A stretch of DNA of 64,000 nucleotides from Lama guanicoe (GCA_013239625.1 MU054212.1:1488001-1552000); one strand, 5' to 3'; positions 38,160 to 52,350 are shown, counted from the first letter of the stretch. Translations and numbers: made by a program. Notes: a model not told the origin generated them from the sequence alone.

Positions 38160-39832
38160 GCTTTGCAATTTTGGGAGACCTCCTTAATCAAATTGACCTG
38201 GATTCTTAACACGAGGAGTAGCAATAAATTTATATTTTAAAGTTGGATCACTTCTGCTATTTATTAAGTGCTCAAATTCTTCCCATAGAAAAGTCACTCA
38301 AAAAAGCAATGAGGACATCAAAACAAGCGCTAAAACCATCTAGGACATGGGACAAGCTGGTTCACTGTTGCACTAGTGCAGTTGCCCTGCAACAAAAGGA
38401 TGCCTCAAGCACACAGGGACCCTTACTTGGCATCTAATGGGCCTTTCACTCATGAGCTTTTGTGTACTTTTTATGCAATTTAAATGAATAGGCATGCACA
38501 GGCTGAATTTATAAAAATACCAGTACAGCCCTACAATGTTCCTACTCAATGACACACTTACTAGAAATTCTAGGAGAATCTTTATTTCCATATCTGCCCA
38601 AAGCACTTTACTTGTCTGGCACAAATTCACAACATATTAAAGCTTGTAAGTTTAAAATTTACACAAAAATGTAATGTAAAGCATATTTACATGTGTTACT
38701 TTTATGTACCTGTAGTACACGTATGTACATTTAAATTTAATGTGCATTTAATTTATATTAAAATGTGTACGTCTTTGGGGTGTGGAGGGAGAGAATATGA
38801 AATAGGCATCACATATTGGACATTCATATTTAAATAATGGGATTAGCATAAAATATGTGTAGAATCTTTGGAGCCTCTCTGAGGAGCACAGGATTTGAAA
38901 ATCTCAGGCCTATGCCAAGACTTTGCTTAAGATAAACCCTGTCATTGAGCAGGGAGGTGGGCAGCAGGGACTGGACATTAGGAAACATCTCAAAGCATCT
39001 TTGAGAGGCACCGGAGTTTTCTTCCATCCAGCTGTTTGTGTAGGAAGCTATAATTAGGGAAAAAAATTGCAAGAAGTCAGTGAGGGTAGGAGGTGCTGCA
39101 GAGAGGAAAACAAAGAGAAGGAAAAAAGAACTGTGATGAGAGACGCCTGGCTGAAGAAGCCTCCATAAAGATAGGAAAACAGGGGGCACTGTGAGAGAAG
39201 AAAAAGGGAAGGATATGGGATGGTGAGGAGGGAAACCAGAAAGGACTTTGGAGGGCTCTAAATTACAAGGACAGGTGGAAGGACCTCTATGGAAACAAGA
39301 CATGAAGTCTGTACTAGTGCTGTGAGCCTCCTTTTATTTCCTGGCAAGAGAGACGGTGCTCAGAGGACTCTGCCCTGGAAATGCAGCATGGCTTCCGGTG
39401 GCCTGGCACTGCTGAGCACTCCTTTGAGCCCTGTCCTCTCGCTGGCTCGCCCATGTTGTTTCCCTCAGCGGCTCCCTGCATTCTCTCGTCTCTTCTCGGG
39501 CTCTCTCCCTCTTAGTCCACCATGGCCTGGCTACCCAAGTAGAACAGACTTTCATTTTCCTCAGGTTCACACTCTGCATACTGACAAACCCACTTCCTGC
39601 CACTCGAGTGGCCCCTCTCCAGCTCCGGGCACCTCTTATCTCTATGGTAACGGAAGACGTGCGATCATCTGGATTTTGCCTCAGAGAGTTGGTCTGTACA
39701 AGCTGGCTTTCCTAGGGTAGCTTGTCCTTTTCCAGTGAACCGACATGCCTGGGGAGAAGAGCTGCCCCCAGCAGGATGGCAGGCAACTGCCTCCAGATGT
39801 GGGCACTTGGCAAGTCTGAGCTGCATGTCTCC

Positions 39833-40075
39833 ATAAAAATATGATGTAATTAACAGACCTCGGCAGCTGGAACAATTCAGCACCTCACATTGATTTTCCA
39901 TGTCTCGTATTTACTTTCAGTTTTTGAACTATCTGCCATGACAGGAAATCAAAGAATTATAATGGTGTCTGCCAGGGCCGTGATGCTGGGTCAGCATTTC
40001 CTGGAGAAATCCCGAGACTAATCAGTTTATTATCACTCAATCATCCCTTTTCACTCCTAAATTAAAGCTGTCCTC
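39833..40075. promoter_or_regulatory. Putative conserved non-coding element, copy B module 2 and its continuation
   Basis: 39833-39925 is homologous to 20294-20379 (TGTAATTAACA-N7-GCAGCTGGA in both). Confidence 0.55.
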
Positions 40076-40679
40076 CAAAATACTAATAAATAGCAGTTTA
40101 TTGGGGGAATATTAAAAAAATCAATGCACTATTTTAAAATCTGGGAGGAGTATTTTTAAAAAGAGAGAGAAAGAATAGGCCCAAAGTAATATTAGATGAA
40201 TCTGTTTTCTCCTTCAGGCTTATTTTGAGGTTGGCAAAGACATTTGGGTGTGGAGAGGCAGAAGCGGTAGGTTCATGCTTCCCAAGTTTCATGGTTTTGA
40301 AAAAGTTTCCTGGTAGAACCAAAGAGAAGAGCCTTGTTCCAGGTTTTTTCAGTCACTGAAATTAAGGAAAATAATTCTCCCCATATGTGCTTATTTAGGA
40401 ACTTTCCTCCGATGCTGGGCTGCTTTCTCAAGCTCACTGTACTTCCAACTCAGGCAGGTGAAGTCAGAATCTTGGATTAACTTCGCTTTGGGTTCCTTGA
40501 AACTCTGGAGAGAATAGACAGAAAGCTGAGCTTGTGGCAGAGAAACAGGTCTCAGTCTGAAGTCGGCTAGCTCCAGATTTCTTTCTGTGAGATGCCTTGG
40601 GCGCCATTGGTAGTGCTTCCTTCAGACTCTCGCCTTGGCAGAGTTCATATCTTCGTCATACTGTAAAGATGCATTTTCT

Positions 40680-41230
40680 TTGTCTTTTTATTGACTCAAG
40701 TAATATAACCCCTTGGTAAATAATTAGGAGAACAGAAAAAAGGAGAAAATGGCTCATAATTCTCCCACTCAAGCACAATAGCTCTTTTTGTTTTGGAGCA
40801 ATTACTTTGGGTCATTTTCAAATGGCAGTTTTTGATACGATTCTAAGCATGACATACAAACAATTTTGTATTTTGCTTTTCCATTTAATGTATGTCAGAG
40901 CATTTCTCATGTTATTATTAGCTCCAGTAAATATCTTCTTAATTGCTGCCTGAGCAGCTGGACTATTTCAGTTCTTCACATTGATTTTCCAGGTATCCTG
41001 TAGACGTCAAGACACAGTATTTAACTATTTCCATATTTCAGGACAATAGATCAAATCCATTTTTCACTGTAATAAGTCCCATGATAAGCCTCTTTATACA
41101 TGAGACTTTTCCATATATAAAATAATTTCTTTAGGATAAATTCCCAGAAAATACTAGGTGAAAGTACCTGAATATTTTATAACTCGAGATTTCCTGTTGC
41201 TCTTCAAAACTGTTATGAAAGTTTATGTTA
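40680..41230 (-). mobile_element. Old L1ME-like 3' remnant
   Basis: ttttgtattttgcttttccatttaatg...tttctttaggataaattcccagaa. Confidence 0.55.
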
Positions 41231-43089
41231 ATCATCCAAAATGTTTGAGGAATCATGCTTTAAAAGGGTCTTTTATCCACTAAATAGGCAGTACTGAGAA
41301 TGTTTTATGTGCACAGTTTGTTGATGCTAACAAATATCTCAGAGATAAATGTTTCGGACTTTAAAGTTGTTCCTCTGCCCATGGTGTTTAACACACAGAA
41401 GTGACTTCATTACAGCCGTTTCTTCTGTGTGTGCCGTAAAGTATGAATTCTTTGCCTGGCTATAGCGTTCTATCTCATCAAACCTCATAAAATGAATGTG
41501 TCACACCCCTCAGTTTGGCTGTAAATTTTGAAGATGACATGGATTTCTCTTCCATGTTACATAGAATTTGGTGGGTATCCCCTTGTTGGGAATAACATCT
41601 TTGGAAAATAGGAAAATACTGAGTGGAAAGAAAGTACATTTTCTGGGAAAAGAATAAGAACCCAGAGAGATGGAGTGAGAATTGTACCACAGAGTCCCAG
41701 CAGCAGATGTTTTGGGTGTTGAAACTCCCACCAGAACAGCTGCAGAAATGTAGAATCACATCTGGGTGTGTGACGCGGCTGCATCATTACCTACTGACAG
41801 CAAAACAGCCAGATGCTTCCAATTCATTTTAAGGACGAAGCTTCAGGTCTGAACCTGTGAATGTCTCTACTTCCCAACCGATGACTTATCAATTGCCCAG
41901 GCAGCTCATGAAGACGTGGCCTCATGGGCACTTTCATGACGGATCTTCTTGGTTACAGGAGTTAGAGGCAGAGTGCAGCTGCTGCGTGCCCAGACCCACA
42001 GCTCTAGTGTGCTGCATGGCTCCAGAATAAAGCTGTCATAGCCTTTCACACCACGGCTGCTGTGTGGCTTGTCATGGGGGATATGAGGCTTCCAAGGGCT
42101 TATTCTGTTTTATTTCCCCTGTAATTCTTCAGATCCTTTCTCTCTTTTCCTCTTTCCCAGTCTTCCTCTGTTCCCTCCTTTCCCAATCTCCCAAATACAG
42201 ATTTCTTTCCTGGGCAGTTGAATGAATAACTGGATGATCAGTATGGTAGCAAATGATTCTTAAGGCTCTTGGATGAATACTATGATTTTTGTATCATTTC
42301 TCTCATCTAATACTGACAGTTACTATGACGGTCGAGTGGAAGTGGCTTCTGGTCAGGGCTCCAGCCTGTAGACAGACTGATCATAGCCCCTTCCCTGATT
42401 GGGCACAAAGCATGTGTACAGTTCACTGGCCCCAGGGGGAAATCATTCCATATCTAAATCTCAGCCCCAGGAGAGAAAGGGGATTCAATGCGTAAATCTC
42501 AGCCCTTATGATGGTCAAGGGACAGAATGCTCTCAGGAATAGCCTGTCTACCCTACACCGTGAAGTAAGGGCATTTCGACAAGAAACATTTGGTGAAGCA
42601 CAGAGGCTTGTGTGTTAAATTTAATGTTAACAAGCACCCTACAAACAATGCTATAAGACATGGAATTTCTAAAAAACAGTGGAAAGTGTTTTCGGTTCTT
42701 TGAAGTTACTCCTATCCATGAAAATGCTCCATCTCACTTTACTATCATACTGTTACAGTTACCTTCTTATAGAAACCTTACATTTATTATTAGAAGTATT
42801 TTTTATTATGCCAAAGATGCAAAACCTTTCATATGGGGCTTGCCACTGTGGGAGGCCAAGGAGTTTGTCTCATCAGCCCACCTGGGGTTTGGATCCATCT
42901 CTGGTTATCCCTCACAGTCTCTGTGGTACCCTACCATAAAGGGAGACTCATAAAACACAACAGAGCCATAAAAGTTGGTAAGAGCCACCAAAGAGTTTTC
43001 TGGGAGAGAGAAATAAGGGAGAGAACAGTCAAATAAATTCAGAGTTGGTTCCTGTTTGTTTGTTTGTTTGTTTCTTTTTAAGTAATAAT

Positions 43090-43330
43090 ATTAAAAAGTA
43101 TTTATTGAGTGGTTACTATGAACTGGAGAGTGTTCACAGTTTATAATGTTTATAGTTACTAAGCCATTTAGTGCTCATATAAACCTTATGAGGTGGGTAC
43201 TATTATTTTCCAGTTTACACAAGAGGAAATGGAAGCTCACAGAGGTGAAATAACTTGCCCAAAGTTTCATAGTGGAGTCCAGCTCCAGGTTCTGTGAAGT
43301 TAATGCCATGCTCCACGGTTCTCTTGTACT
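43090..43330 (-). mobile_element. MIR SINE
   Basis: aaccttatgaggtgggtactattattttccagtttacacaagaggaaatggaagctcacagaggtgaaataacttgcccaa. Confidence 0.85.
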
Positions 43331-45305
43331 GCTTTTCTGACTGTCCAGTACTGTGCTGGGGTCAGGAAGGATTAGGCTAACCCAGAACTCTAGGCTTCCT
43401 GTAGCAAAGGTCATCAAACATGCGTGATTGGTTACATTGAACTAAAATAATCTTAGAGTTGGAAGAAAAGTTAAGTTGTTCATGTCCATCGTGACCTATG
43501 GTGGATGTCTTCTATCTTCTACTGAAATACTTCTTATTCAGTAATAATAATCATTACAAGATCAAGGAGCTGTAAAGGTTCCTATACAATGCAGAATGCT
43601 AAAGGGAATAAGTACCTTGAAACTTAGTGGGTAGAGTCACCCTTTCTGCCAGCGGGGTTTGGGGAAAGTGCCTGGAGCGGAGTAGCAGGGGGATTTGCAC
43701 TGTATTTGAGAAGATGCAAAGAGGACTCCAAATATAGAGTAAAAGAGAACCATTCCAGGGATTTGGAATTTTGAGAAAAAGGGTGAAGATGATAAATTAT
43801 GTTTTGTTTGGGGAGCAGCCATTTTGTGTAGAGTGTGAGGCGGATGAGGCTGAAAAGAAAATCTAGAATTGGATTGTGGAGTTTTGGTTACCCTAGTCCA
43901 GGAAAGTGGAAATGACGGCACTGCTGGTCACCTGGGGCACTGCTTTTAATAAGTGGGCTTCCACACACTCAGCCAAGACTATGTGGACCAAAAGGACTGG
44001 AGACTGAGTTTGAGGGCAACTTAGAAACCCTATGTGTTTTGTTTTTCACAACCTAGAACTTTTAGTAATTCTATGGAATATTGTGTTATATACCGATCAC
44101 AGGTTAATGAAAGCCTCTTAAGCTTCCTTTCAACTCAAAGGGAACAATGAAGAGGGATGCTCTAAAGGGTGCCACGTGACAACCTTAACCACAGAAATAC
44201 CTGTTCCAGGAGTAGCCAGTGGAAGTTTGTGACTCAGTCTTCACTATGGATTTATTAAAATCAGAAGAAAACACATGAAAAGAAGAAACCTGATTGGGCC
44301 TGATTCAAGGCACATGCTGACAATTCAGCAGAGTGACCTCCATGTCATGAAGAGGAACCTGAAATGTTGAAAAATGGCACTTGATCTATTGGGGAACCCA
44401 ACTGAGTGACCATGTCAGAGGACTTCTGTCCATGAGGCAGCTGCAGCTTCTCCAGCGGAGTCTAATTTAGACACAGCTGAGTTCGGAGCTGAAGTGGGCC
44501 ATACAGGTTATTTAGCCCAACTCCTTTTGTCTGATCATCTCAAGAAATGTCTGAGTGCCCAGCCAGCTTTTGTGATCTGCTTGAGAGCTTTCTCATTTGA
44601 TCTCTTAAGAACTTCTTGGGGACTTCTAGTATATGATCTCTCTTAGAGATGAATATTCCCAAGACTAAGGCACCAATGTCATTCTTAAGGGCAACATATC
44701 TCCTCTGCTGACAGTGGGAAGCATTGTCAGATACAGTGGTGCACTGTTAGGTAGTTACAAGGACCAAGTATAACTGAATAGGATTGAGGTGCAGCTAAAG
44801 AAGGAGAAACTAGATCCTAGATCTCTGTGTCTGCTCACAGGGGTGGTGTACACACCTGTAAGTCCAGGGAGCAGCAACACCTGGGGTCTGAAGTGGGTTG
44901 TGTTCTCTGCAGGTGGGCAATGCAGAGTTGGCTCACAGCTATCTCACGTTCTTTTTTGCAGACTCTCCAGAAGTCAATACATTCTCCTTTGTTCCAATGT
45001 TATTTCTATATCAGTCCAAGCCAGAATCTTCCCTACATAATCTAAAAAGTAATTTCTTTCTGCCTGATCCCCCAAAGCTCACCTTCCATTTCTGGCAAAA
45101 GAGCACCAGTGTCTGGCTCAGCCTGGGTCTCCCCTCATGGTTTCTAGCTTCAACAGAAGTCTTCCTAATATTTATTCAAACCTTTTTACCTCCCTACTGA
45201 TTCTCCTCTCTGGCTCTCTTTCTCTTTTATCTACCTCTTCCTATGTATTCATCTATCTAGTATTAATTTTTATATTTGTCAAAGTAATCTATATGAACAT
45301 AGTTT

Positions 45306-45610
45306 CTTAAAAATTGAAGTATAGTTGATTTACAATGTTGTGTTAGTTTCTGGTGTACAACATAATGATTCAGTTACATATATATATATATACTTTTTCA
45401 TATTATTTTCCATTATGGTTTATTATAGGATATTGAAATAGTTCCCTGTGCTATACAGTAGGACCTTGTTGTTTATCCATTTTTGTATATAGTAGTTTGT
45501 ATCTGCTAATCCCAAACTCCTAATTTATCCCTTGCTTCCCTCTTTCCTCTTTGGTAACCATATGTTTGTTTTCTATGTCTGTGAGTCCATTTCTGTTTTA
45601 TACATGAGTA
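45306..45610 (-). mobile_element. 5'-truncated cetartiodactyl-type L1 3' UTR
   Basis: ttgaagtatagttgatttacaatgttgtgttagtttctggtgtac...ccctgtgctatacagtaggacc...atcccaaactcctaatttatccc; TSD atatgaacata(g/a)ttt at 45291-45305 and 45611-45625. Confidence 0.92.
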
Positions 45611-45629
45611 ATATGAACATAATTTTAAA

Positions 45630-47960
45630 AAAATCAATGCCACCAAAAGTCTTAAAACAAACCCAGTAGCTCCCCAGCTCTAATTCTCCCCACCCCCATT
45701 TTCTCTACTCACCCCCTACTGGCAACTACTTCTAGCTCTTTTCTTGTGTACTCTTATATTTATAAATGACTTGCTAAAATTGCTAATTCTTGATTTATCT
45801 ACATTAGACATTACATATTTACCTAGTGAAGCTTTTCTCTAGCCACTCTTCTCCTCTTTTCTCTCCACATATTTATAACACCTGAGTTTAGTCCGTGTTT
45901 AGCATCTATCATATTGTAGCTGTGTTTACTACTGAGACAAATAAGTGTTATATTTACTTTTAGTTTATTGTACAGATTTCCCCCCAGAAGTTAATAACTG
46001 CCTCTCCCCACCATTTGCTTAGTATTTTATGAATCATCACTAATTTTCCTCAAACCTTGTGACAGCTGTGAATAATGCTTCTCATGCAGTTGTTCACAAA
46101 TTATGTATGTCATATAACCTGGAATTCTCACCCCCAGCTTGGAGACTTTTCTCCTACAGTTTTCTGAACCCTGCAGTCTGCCTGGCTTGCTCTTCACGCT
46201 TGTTGCACACTTGTCTCTTCTATATTTTCCTGGGATTTATTTTCTCCTTCCTGCTTTCCTGGATTCCAGTTTTGCTTTTCCATAATAACAAAGAATTTCG
46301 ATGAAACACTTACTCCAGTTAACAGCAATTAAGCACCCTTGAGAAAGGGTGTATGGGAGGTCTGTTTTTTTAGTCTTTGTTTATATGAAGATTTCTTTAT
46401 TTTACCCACATACTTGACTAAGGGCTTGGCTTGGTGTGGACTTAGACTGAGAATTGTTTTTTCCTCAAAATACCAAAGGCATTGCTATGTTATCATTTGG
46501 CATCGGTGTTGCTAGTAAGGGGCAGAATGACATTTTTATCTTCTGTCCTTTGTGATAGGTTCTCTCTCTGCAAACTTAAGATCTTTCCTGTACCCGTTAT
46601 TCTGAAATTTCATGGTATTTGTATGAGGGGTTTTGTTGGTTTTGGTTTTGGTTTGTTTCTTTGTTTTTTGGTTTTTAAATGTGCTGTGCTGGATACTCTC
46701 TGGAAACATGCCTTCCAGTGCTGGGAAATTAAAATAACTGTTTGCTTATTTCTACCCCTTTATTTTCTCATGCTGGATCCAGATGTTGGATATCTTGAAT
46801 TGGTCCTTTAATTTTTCTCTATTTCTTTTCTCCCCTTTGGTCCATTTCCTTGATTTTTTGAGGAGACTTACTTAACTTTATCTTCCAAGTGTTCTATTGA
46901 ATATTTTCTTTTTTAGTTATCATGTATTTAATTCCCCAAACTCTTCTTTTGCACTCTGATTATTCTTTTTTTATTGTAACCTATCTTGTTTCATGAGTGC
47001 CATGTTTTTTCAAAACTCTCTGATGGAATTGATTGTAGGCTTTTTATTTCTTTTAGTTTTTCCTCTATTCTGTCTACTGCCTCTGTGTCTTCTGAGCGTC
47101 TTAAAAAAATGCCTATTTGCTTAGTTTTCTTTTTTCATTTTTGAGGCCTTCTTCAAATGTCCGGTGATCTCTGAATATCCACTTATAGTTAGAGCTGACG
47201 CAGTAAGAAGGCAGTGGGAAACCCTGTGTATCTATGGGTGGCTTTTCCCTCCATAAGTATTGTCAGGAGATAAGCTGGCTTAGTTGACAAAGGACATTTC
47301 AAATGCAGTCTCTGTGGTCCTTTTTCCCTAGGGCCAGTTTCTTTGAAGAATTATCCTTTATGTTCCTGCTTAGGAGGTATGTACCCAGAAACTCATGTTC
47401 TGGGAACAGAGACAGGAAGGGTTGCTTGGAAAACAGATTTCCCTCTAAGTGCCTTGTTTTCAGCCTAGCACCTGGCTCCCCATCTGCTGTGCCTGTTGTG
47501 ACCTGAGTCTGGAGATCTTCTGGTTCAAGTTCTCTAAAGAATACGTTTCAGCCCTTCTGGAAGGGCTGGAGCAGGGAGGGTGGGGGCTGGTGAGCAGGAC
47601 TGGCGTTTGGTGTGAAGAAACATACACATTCTGTACACACAGACGTTCAGGCCTGTGCTTCATCCCCAACTGCTGAGGGGCCTGCAGTGTCCACATGCCC
47701 ACTTTTCCAGGGTTCTCTGGGTGCACCTGTGCACTGTGGGGTTCTAGCTTCTTCCACCCTGTAAGGGAATGGTCATTTCTCCATTACATTCCTCCCCCGC
47801 AAATGTGTTGACAGTTCTCATTTACTGTGTTTACCTCCCTAGTTCTCTTAGACTTGTGGGTTTACATCTTTTAAATTTTTTCACTGTCATTTTGTTCAGG
47901 TTTTGGATGGAAGAATAGATAAATGTGTGTCCTTTACTTAACTGTATTTGACCAAAATTT
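45630..47960 (-). mobile_element. Old L1M remnants
   Basis: Long T-rich antisense tract with L1 ORF1/5'-region-like blocks (tctttattttacccacatacttga, ttctgaaatttcatggtatttg, ttctattgaatatttt). Confidence 0.6.
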
Positions 47961-48947
47961 CCTTCTTTTTACCTGAACTTCAGAAATCACACACAAGGGA
48001 TGTTAGTCACAAAGAGCACAGTAGGTTGTGTTTCATGTCTAGTTTATATTAAACAAAATTTTTCTTTATGTCTCAGAGGACCCTCCACAGGGAGCAGCCT
48101 GCCAGACAGCACCCTACCTGGCAGGTGGGTCTGCTGGCCTCCAGAATCCTCCACTGTGCTTGGCTTGAGTGAGGCTGGGTCCAGAGACACCTCAAGCAGC
48201 TGTCTCTCTGTGAATAGCTGCTCAAACACTAGGCATTGGAGTGTGGGAGATAGACTTCTGGGATGGCTTTTGTGTCATTAATTGAGGCCTGGAGCAGTAA
48301 TTTTCCCATTTATCCACAGTGCTTATACTCTATAAACTGCCCCATCATGTTTATTAAAGGGAAAAATACCCAAAGAAACAAACCTGGGGTTACATTTCAT
48401 GGAAAGCTCGTCAAATAGGAAGGGCCTTATGTGTGCTTTTTCCTCTTATCTGTTTGATTCAACTTGAGAACAAGCTGTTACTAGTGAAACAGATGTTACT
48501 TATTTCCATATACCAGGCTGTCCAGGTGTCCTGGAAAGACCTGAACGGGAGCAATGCTTGTTACAAGAATGCAATAAGTATAAATAACAACCCCAAACAA
48601 TCAAGATTTAGCAATCTGGGAAGTGCCATATAGAAAACACTGTGAGAACAAAACAGCCATAATAAAAATCCCCCCATTCTCCCTAAAAACTCACTCCTTT
48701 TTTTTATCCAGGGAAGAAAACTTTGCTTTGAGTGGCTGAATTTCAGAGCTCCTTAAGAGACTCATTGGGAATTGATTTGTGACTGCAATTTCTTTTTTTT
48801 TCTCTCTGCAGTATTCATTAAATGTCATTGTTATGTTATGAAAAATACAATGGCATCAACAGAAAATTAAAAACAAGACTTAGATGCACTTCTTTTTCTC
48901 TTCAGCAAAGCTTAGTAAGCATTTGGATGCTAACTGGAATATGAAGG

Positions 48948-49356
48948 GTTTTGTGGGCTGAATTGTGGGTCCCTTCTTCTCCAGCTTTATATGTTGGAGC
49001 TCTAACCTCCAGTACCACAGAATGTGACTGTATTTGGAGATGGTGCCTAGAAGGAGGTAATTAAGGTTAAATGAGGTCATATGGATGGGCCCCAATCCAC
49101 TCTGACTGGCGTCCTTATATGGAGAGGAAATTTGGACACACAAAGACACCAGGGATGCGGGTACACAGAAAAAAGGCCATGTGAGGACACAGCAAGAAGG
49201 CAGCCATTTGCAAACCAAAGAGAGATGCCTGAGGAGAAAGCAAACCTGCTGACACTTTGACTTTGGACTTCTGGCCTCCAGGACTGTGAGAAAATAAATT
49301 TCTGTTGTTTAAGCCCCCCAGGCTATTTTGTTATGGAAGCTGTAGCAAACTAATGC
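48948..49356 (+). mobile_element. MaLR LTR (MLT1A/B-like)
   Basis: cagaatgtgactgtatttggagat...ttaaggttaaatgaggtcat...ggacttctggcctccaggactgtgagaaaataaatttctgttgtttaagcc. Confidence 0.92.
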
Positions 49357-50249
49357 CTTCCTAGATCTGTCTCTACCATATTTGATGTAAAATCTGGATG
49401 TAACAAAGAAAAGCAGAGAAATACTAAGAATTAGATGCTTCTAACAACTGACTTTTGCTAATTAATAGCTGAAAAATCAAGTATTAGATCATGAGGGAGA
49501 AACGTACCACACATGGAACCACTTTGGCCCCATTACCTGTGAGCTGAAGGTCTAAGCTGTTGAGCTGGGCTGGGGTTTGCCTTCCGGAGTGCGAACTTGG
49601 AGCCTCAGACCTTCTTGGAGTTCCCTTCGGGCTGGTTCTCAAGTGGATCAAGCAGCTTCTCTGAACCTGCAGGGGAGAAAGGGAGGTCTCCAGCATGGTG
49701 AGCTCCACTGACACGGGAGGTCTTAGAGGGGACGGGAAGAGTAGATGGAGGGCATTTCCTGCTGGTGGAGGTCACTGATGGAAATTAGACTCAGGGTTCC
49801 ATCTTCCTTCCTCTCGTACCAGTGGGCATGAAGAAGAGCAAGCTTCGGGGATTGGAATGCTGCAGTGGACAGCTTGAGAAGTGGCCTCTCACTGAGAAGA
49901 CCTTTAATTGGCAGAGCCTCCTGGTGACACCTTGGTGGTCTTATTTCTGTAATTCAGGCTGAGGGAGAAGGGAAAAAAAACATTGCATTAATCCAACTAG
50001 ATACTAGCAGTGCTTCTGTTTGGGCAGTAACTGGGCTGAGAAAAGAACCGGGCACTGGCCTGTTTGCAGCCCCACGTCTTGTGGTTGCACATTGTCACAA
50101 TTCATCAGAAGCCAGCAAAGGAAGCCAGGACTTCACGTTTAGGCTGTTCTCACCATCAGAGAGGGTGTTATGTCTCTGTTACCCCAGTACTCATACTGAC
50201 CAAGGTCCTAGACCCAGACAGTGAACAGCAAAGAAAAATAAAATTTACG

Positions 50250-50385
50250 GGAGTGGGGAGAGAGAGAGAGAAAGGAAAGGAGGGAGGGAAGGAGAGATGG
50301 ATATTGAGAGAGAGAGAGAGAGATGGAGACACAGAGAAACACAAGGAGACAAAGAGGGAGGCAGAGAACAAGCAGAGAGAACTAC
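50250..50385. repeat. GA-rich simple / low-complexity repeat
   Basis: Directly visible (GA)n runs. Confidence 0.85.
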
Positions 50386-52350
50386 TAGACAGTCAAAGGG
50401 AAAGCAAGTCACCTTGTTAGACCTTAGATCCCGTGAGATTTTCATGGATCCCTGATTTGATCTGCTCTCTTGTCTGCCTCTAATCCTGTTTAAACCCCCT
50501 TGGAGTCTCATGTTTTGCAGAAGCCCAAGAATGTTTGCATTTGTGATGTGGTTTCTAATGGATTCCCTGCGAACTCACTGAAGTGGAACAAGAAGAATGT
50601 GGGAACCAAGTTAATCTTTTTAGATTTTATTTAAATGGGTGGTTATGCCTGAGATTCATTCATGTGAGGTGGACGTCTCATTTAGGCAGGAAAATCAAAT
50701 GAAGAACGGAGATCTCGGGGCGGCCAGCAAGACCGGTGGCAAGGAATGTTTGTTCTCCCTAAATGAGTCTTTATTGCAAGAGTGCCGATTTTTCTCTGGT
50801 GCTTGTTAAATACTGTATTTATGCTGTGTATTTGTATACAGTGGGATTAAGGGACCAAACTGAATTACTGATGATGGTTGCTTGAAGGGGTGTTTGACTA
50901 GGAGATTTACACAGTGTTCTTAATAATCTTTTTTATTTATTTATAGAATGTTATCATTCCAAACATACAGTGCTGCCATCCCTTAGGAAAGATGCTTTCT
51001 ATTTGAGGACCACTAGCTCTGCATGTTGATTTGAAAAGAGATAAAAGAGCATCTGGCCACCATAGTACAGGCTGCACATTCCCTCCCTCTTCATTATGCA
51101 GTGAGCTGATGCATTTTTTTCTTCTTTCCTATTTATACAAATAAAGAGAACGATTTGGGAAATATGTCATGCTGGCATTAAACACCACCAGTCTTGCTGG
51201 GTTGAAATGTACATGTTCCATTAACAACAATTATATTGTATAATTAAGGTTTTGGTCCCCAAAGTCTGACTCAGAAGCTTCCTCAAATACCGATGGGTTT
51301 ATCAAAGACATGTTAAAATAAATATACCCCTCTCATCACCCCCCTTCAAGCCCCGACTCCCTCAGTCCCCCATGCAAAAGTGCCACCAGTACCTGTGCCA
51401 ATGACTGCAGTGAATGTAGTGTTCAAGTGCCCTCTAGTGTGGTTGTGGCTCAGATTAATATGGAAATAGAAAAGAAGCTTTGAAGAGGCAGATGCCTGCA
51501 AGCAGAGTCATTGGTCCATTCTGTGCATTTTATGGGACTCCCACATCTTGGGTCCACATGAAAGAAACTGGGTGCAGGGAGATGATTTGAAACAACCCTT
51601 CTAGAATGAGGCTGTCCACGTCATCTTATGCTGTTCTCCATTGTTCTTTTTGTGGGGTTTTCAGTTTAGGTTTAGGTGGAAATTTCCTGCGGCTTATGCG
51701 ATCTTGGTGCACACATATGTATAAACATCCACAGGGAAAGAGCTGATGAAGTTCAAGCCCTTGCACCTGGGGGTGCCTCTTGACCCTGTGGCTGGAAGCA
51801 CGGCACAGTCCACTCCCCCAGAAGCCGGGAGAGCTCTGACCTCTGTCTCATCAGTGAATGCTGCTGGTAGTGACAATAATGGATTTCTTAGGGCAATTAA
51901 CACAGTGACAGTGGTTATAGATGACAGATTATGACAACACTCCCTGCTATCAGGTTTATTTCCTTTGATGACCACCAGCCAAATCCTGCATTTCCCTCTG
52001 TGGACAAGATTAAAGAAAAAGCAAATAGCTGAAAATCCTAGAGCAGACTCACATCTTAACCAGAAGAATCATTGCCCCAGGTGCCCCAGTGACACAAATC
52101 AGCTGTAGCGGAGGAGGGAGAAGTTTCAAATGAGGCACACCTGAGCTGGCAACATCAATCTGGTTAGATCCCAAGTCTGGGTAGATGGAGTTTTCTCTCC
52201 TGGTTCTCTTTGGTGGGAGCCTGTGAGCACAGAAGTGATATGAGGAGCAAGCAAGTTCATCTTCCTAACTTTGTAAGCATGTACATTCTGGCTGGAAAAG
52301 TTGGGCTAGGTGGCTGGTCCATCATTTCTGGATGGGTGGTATGTGGGTGC

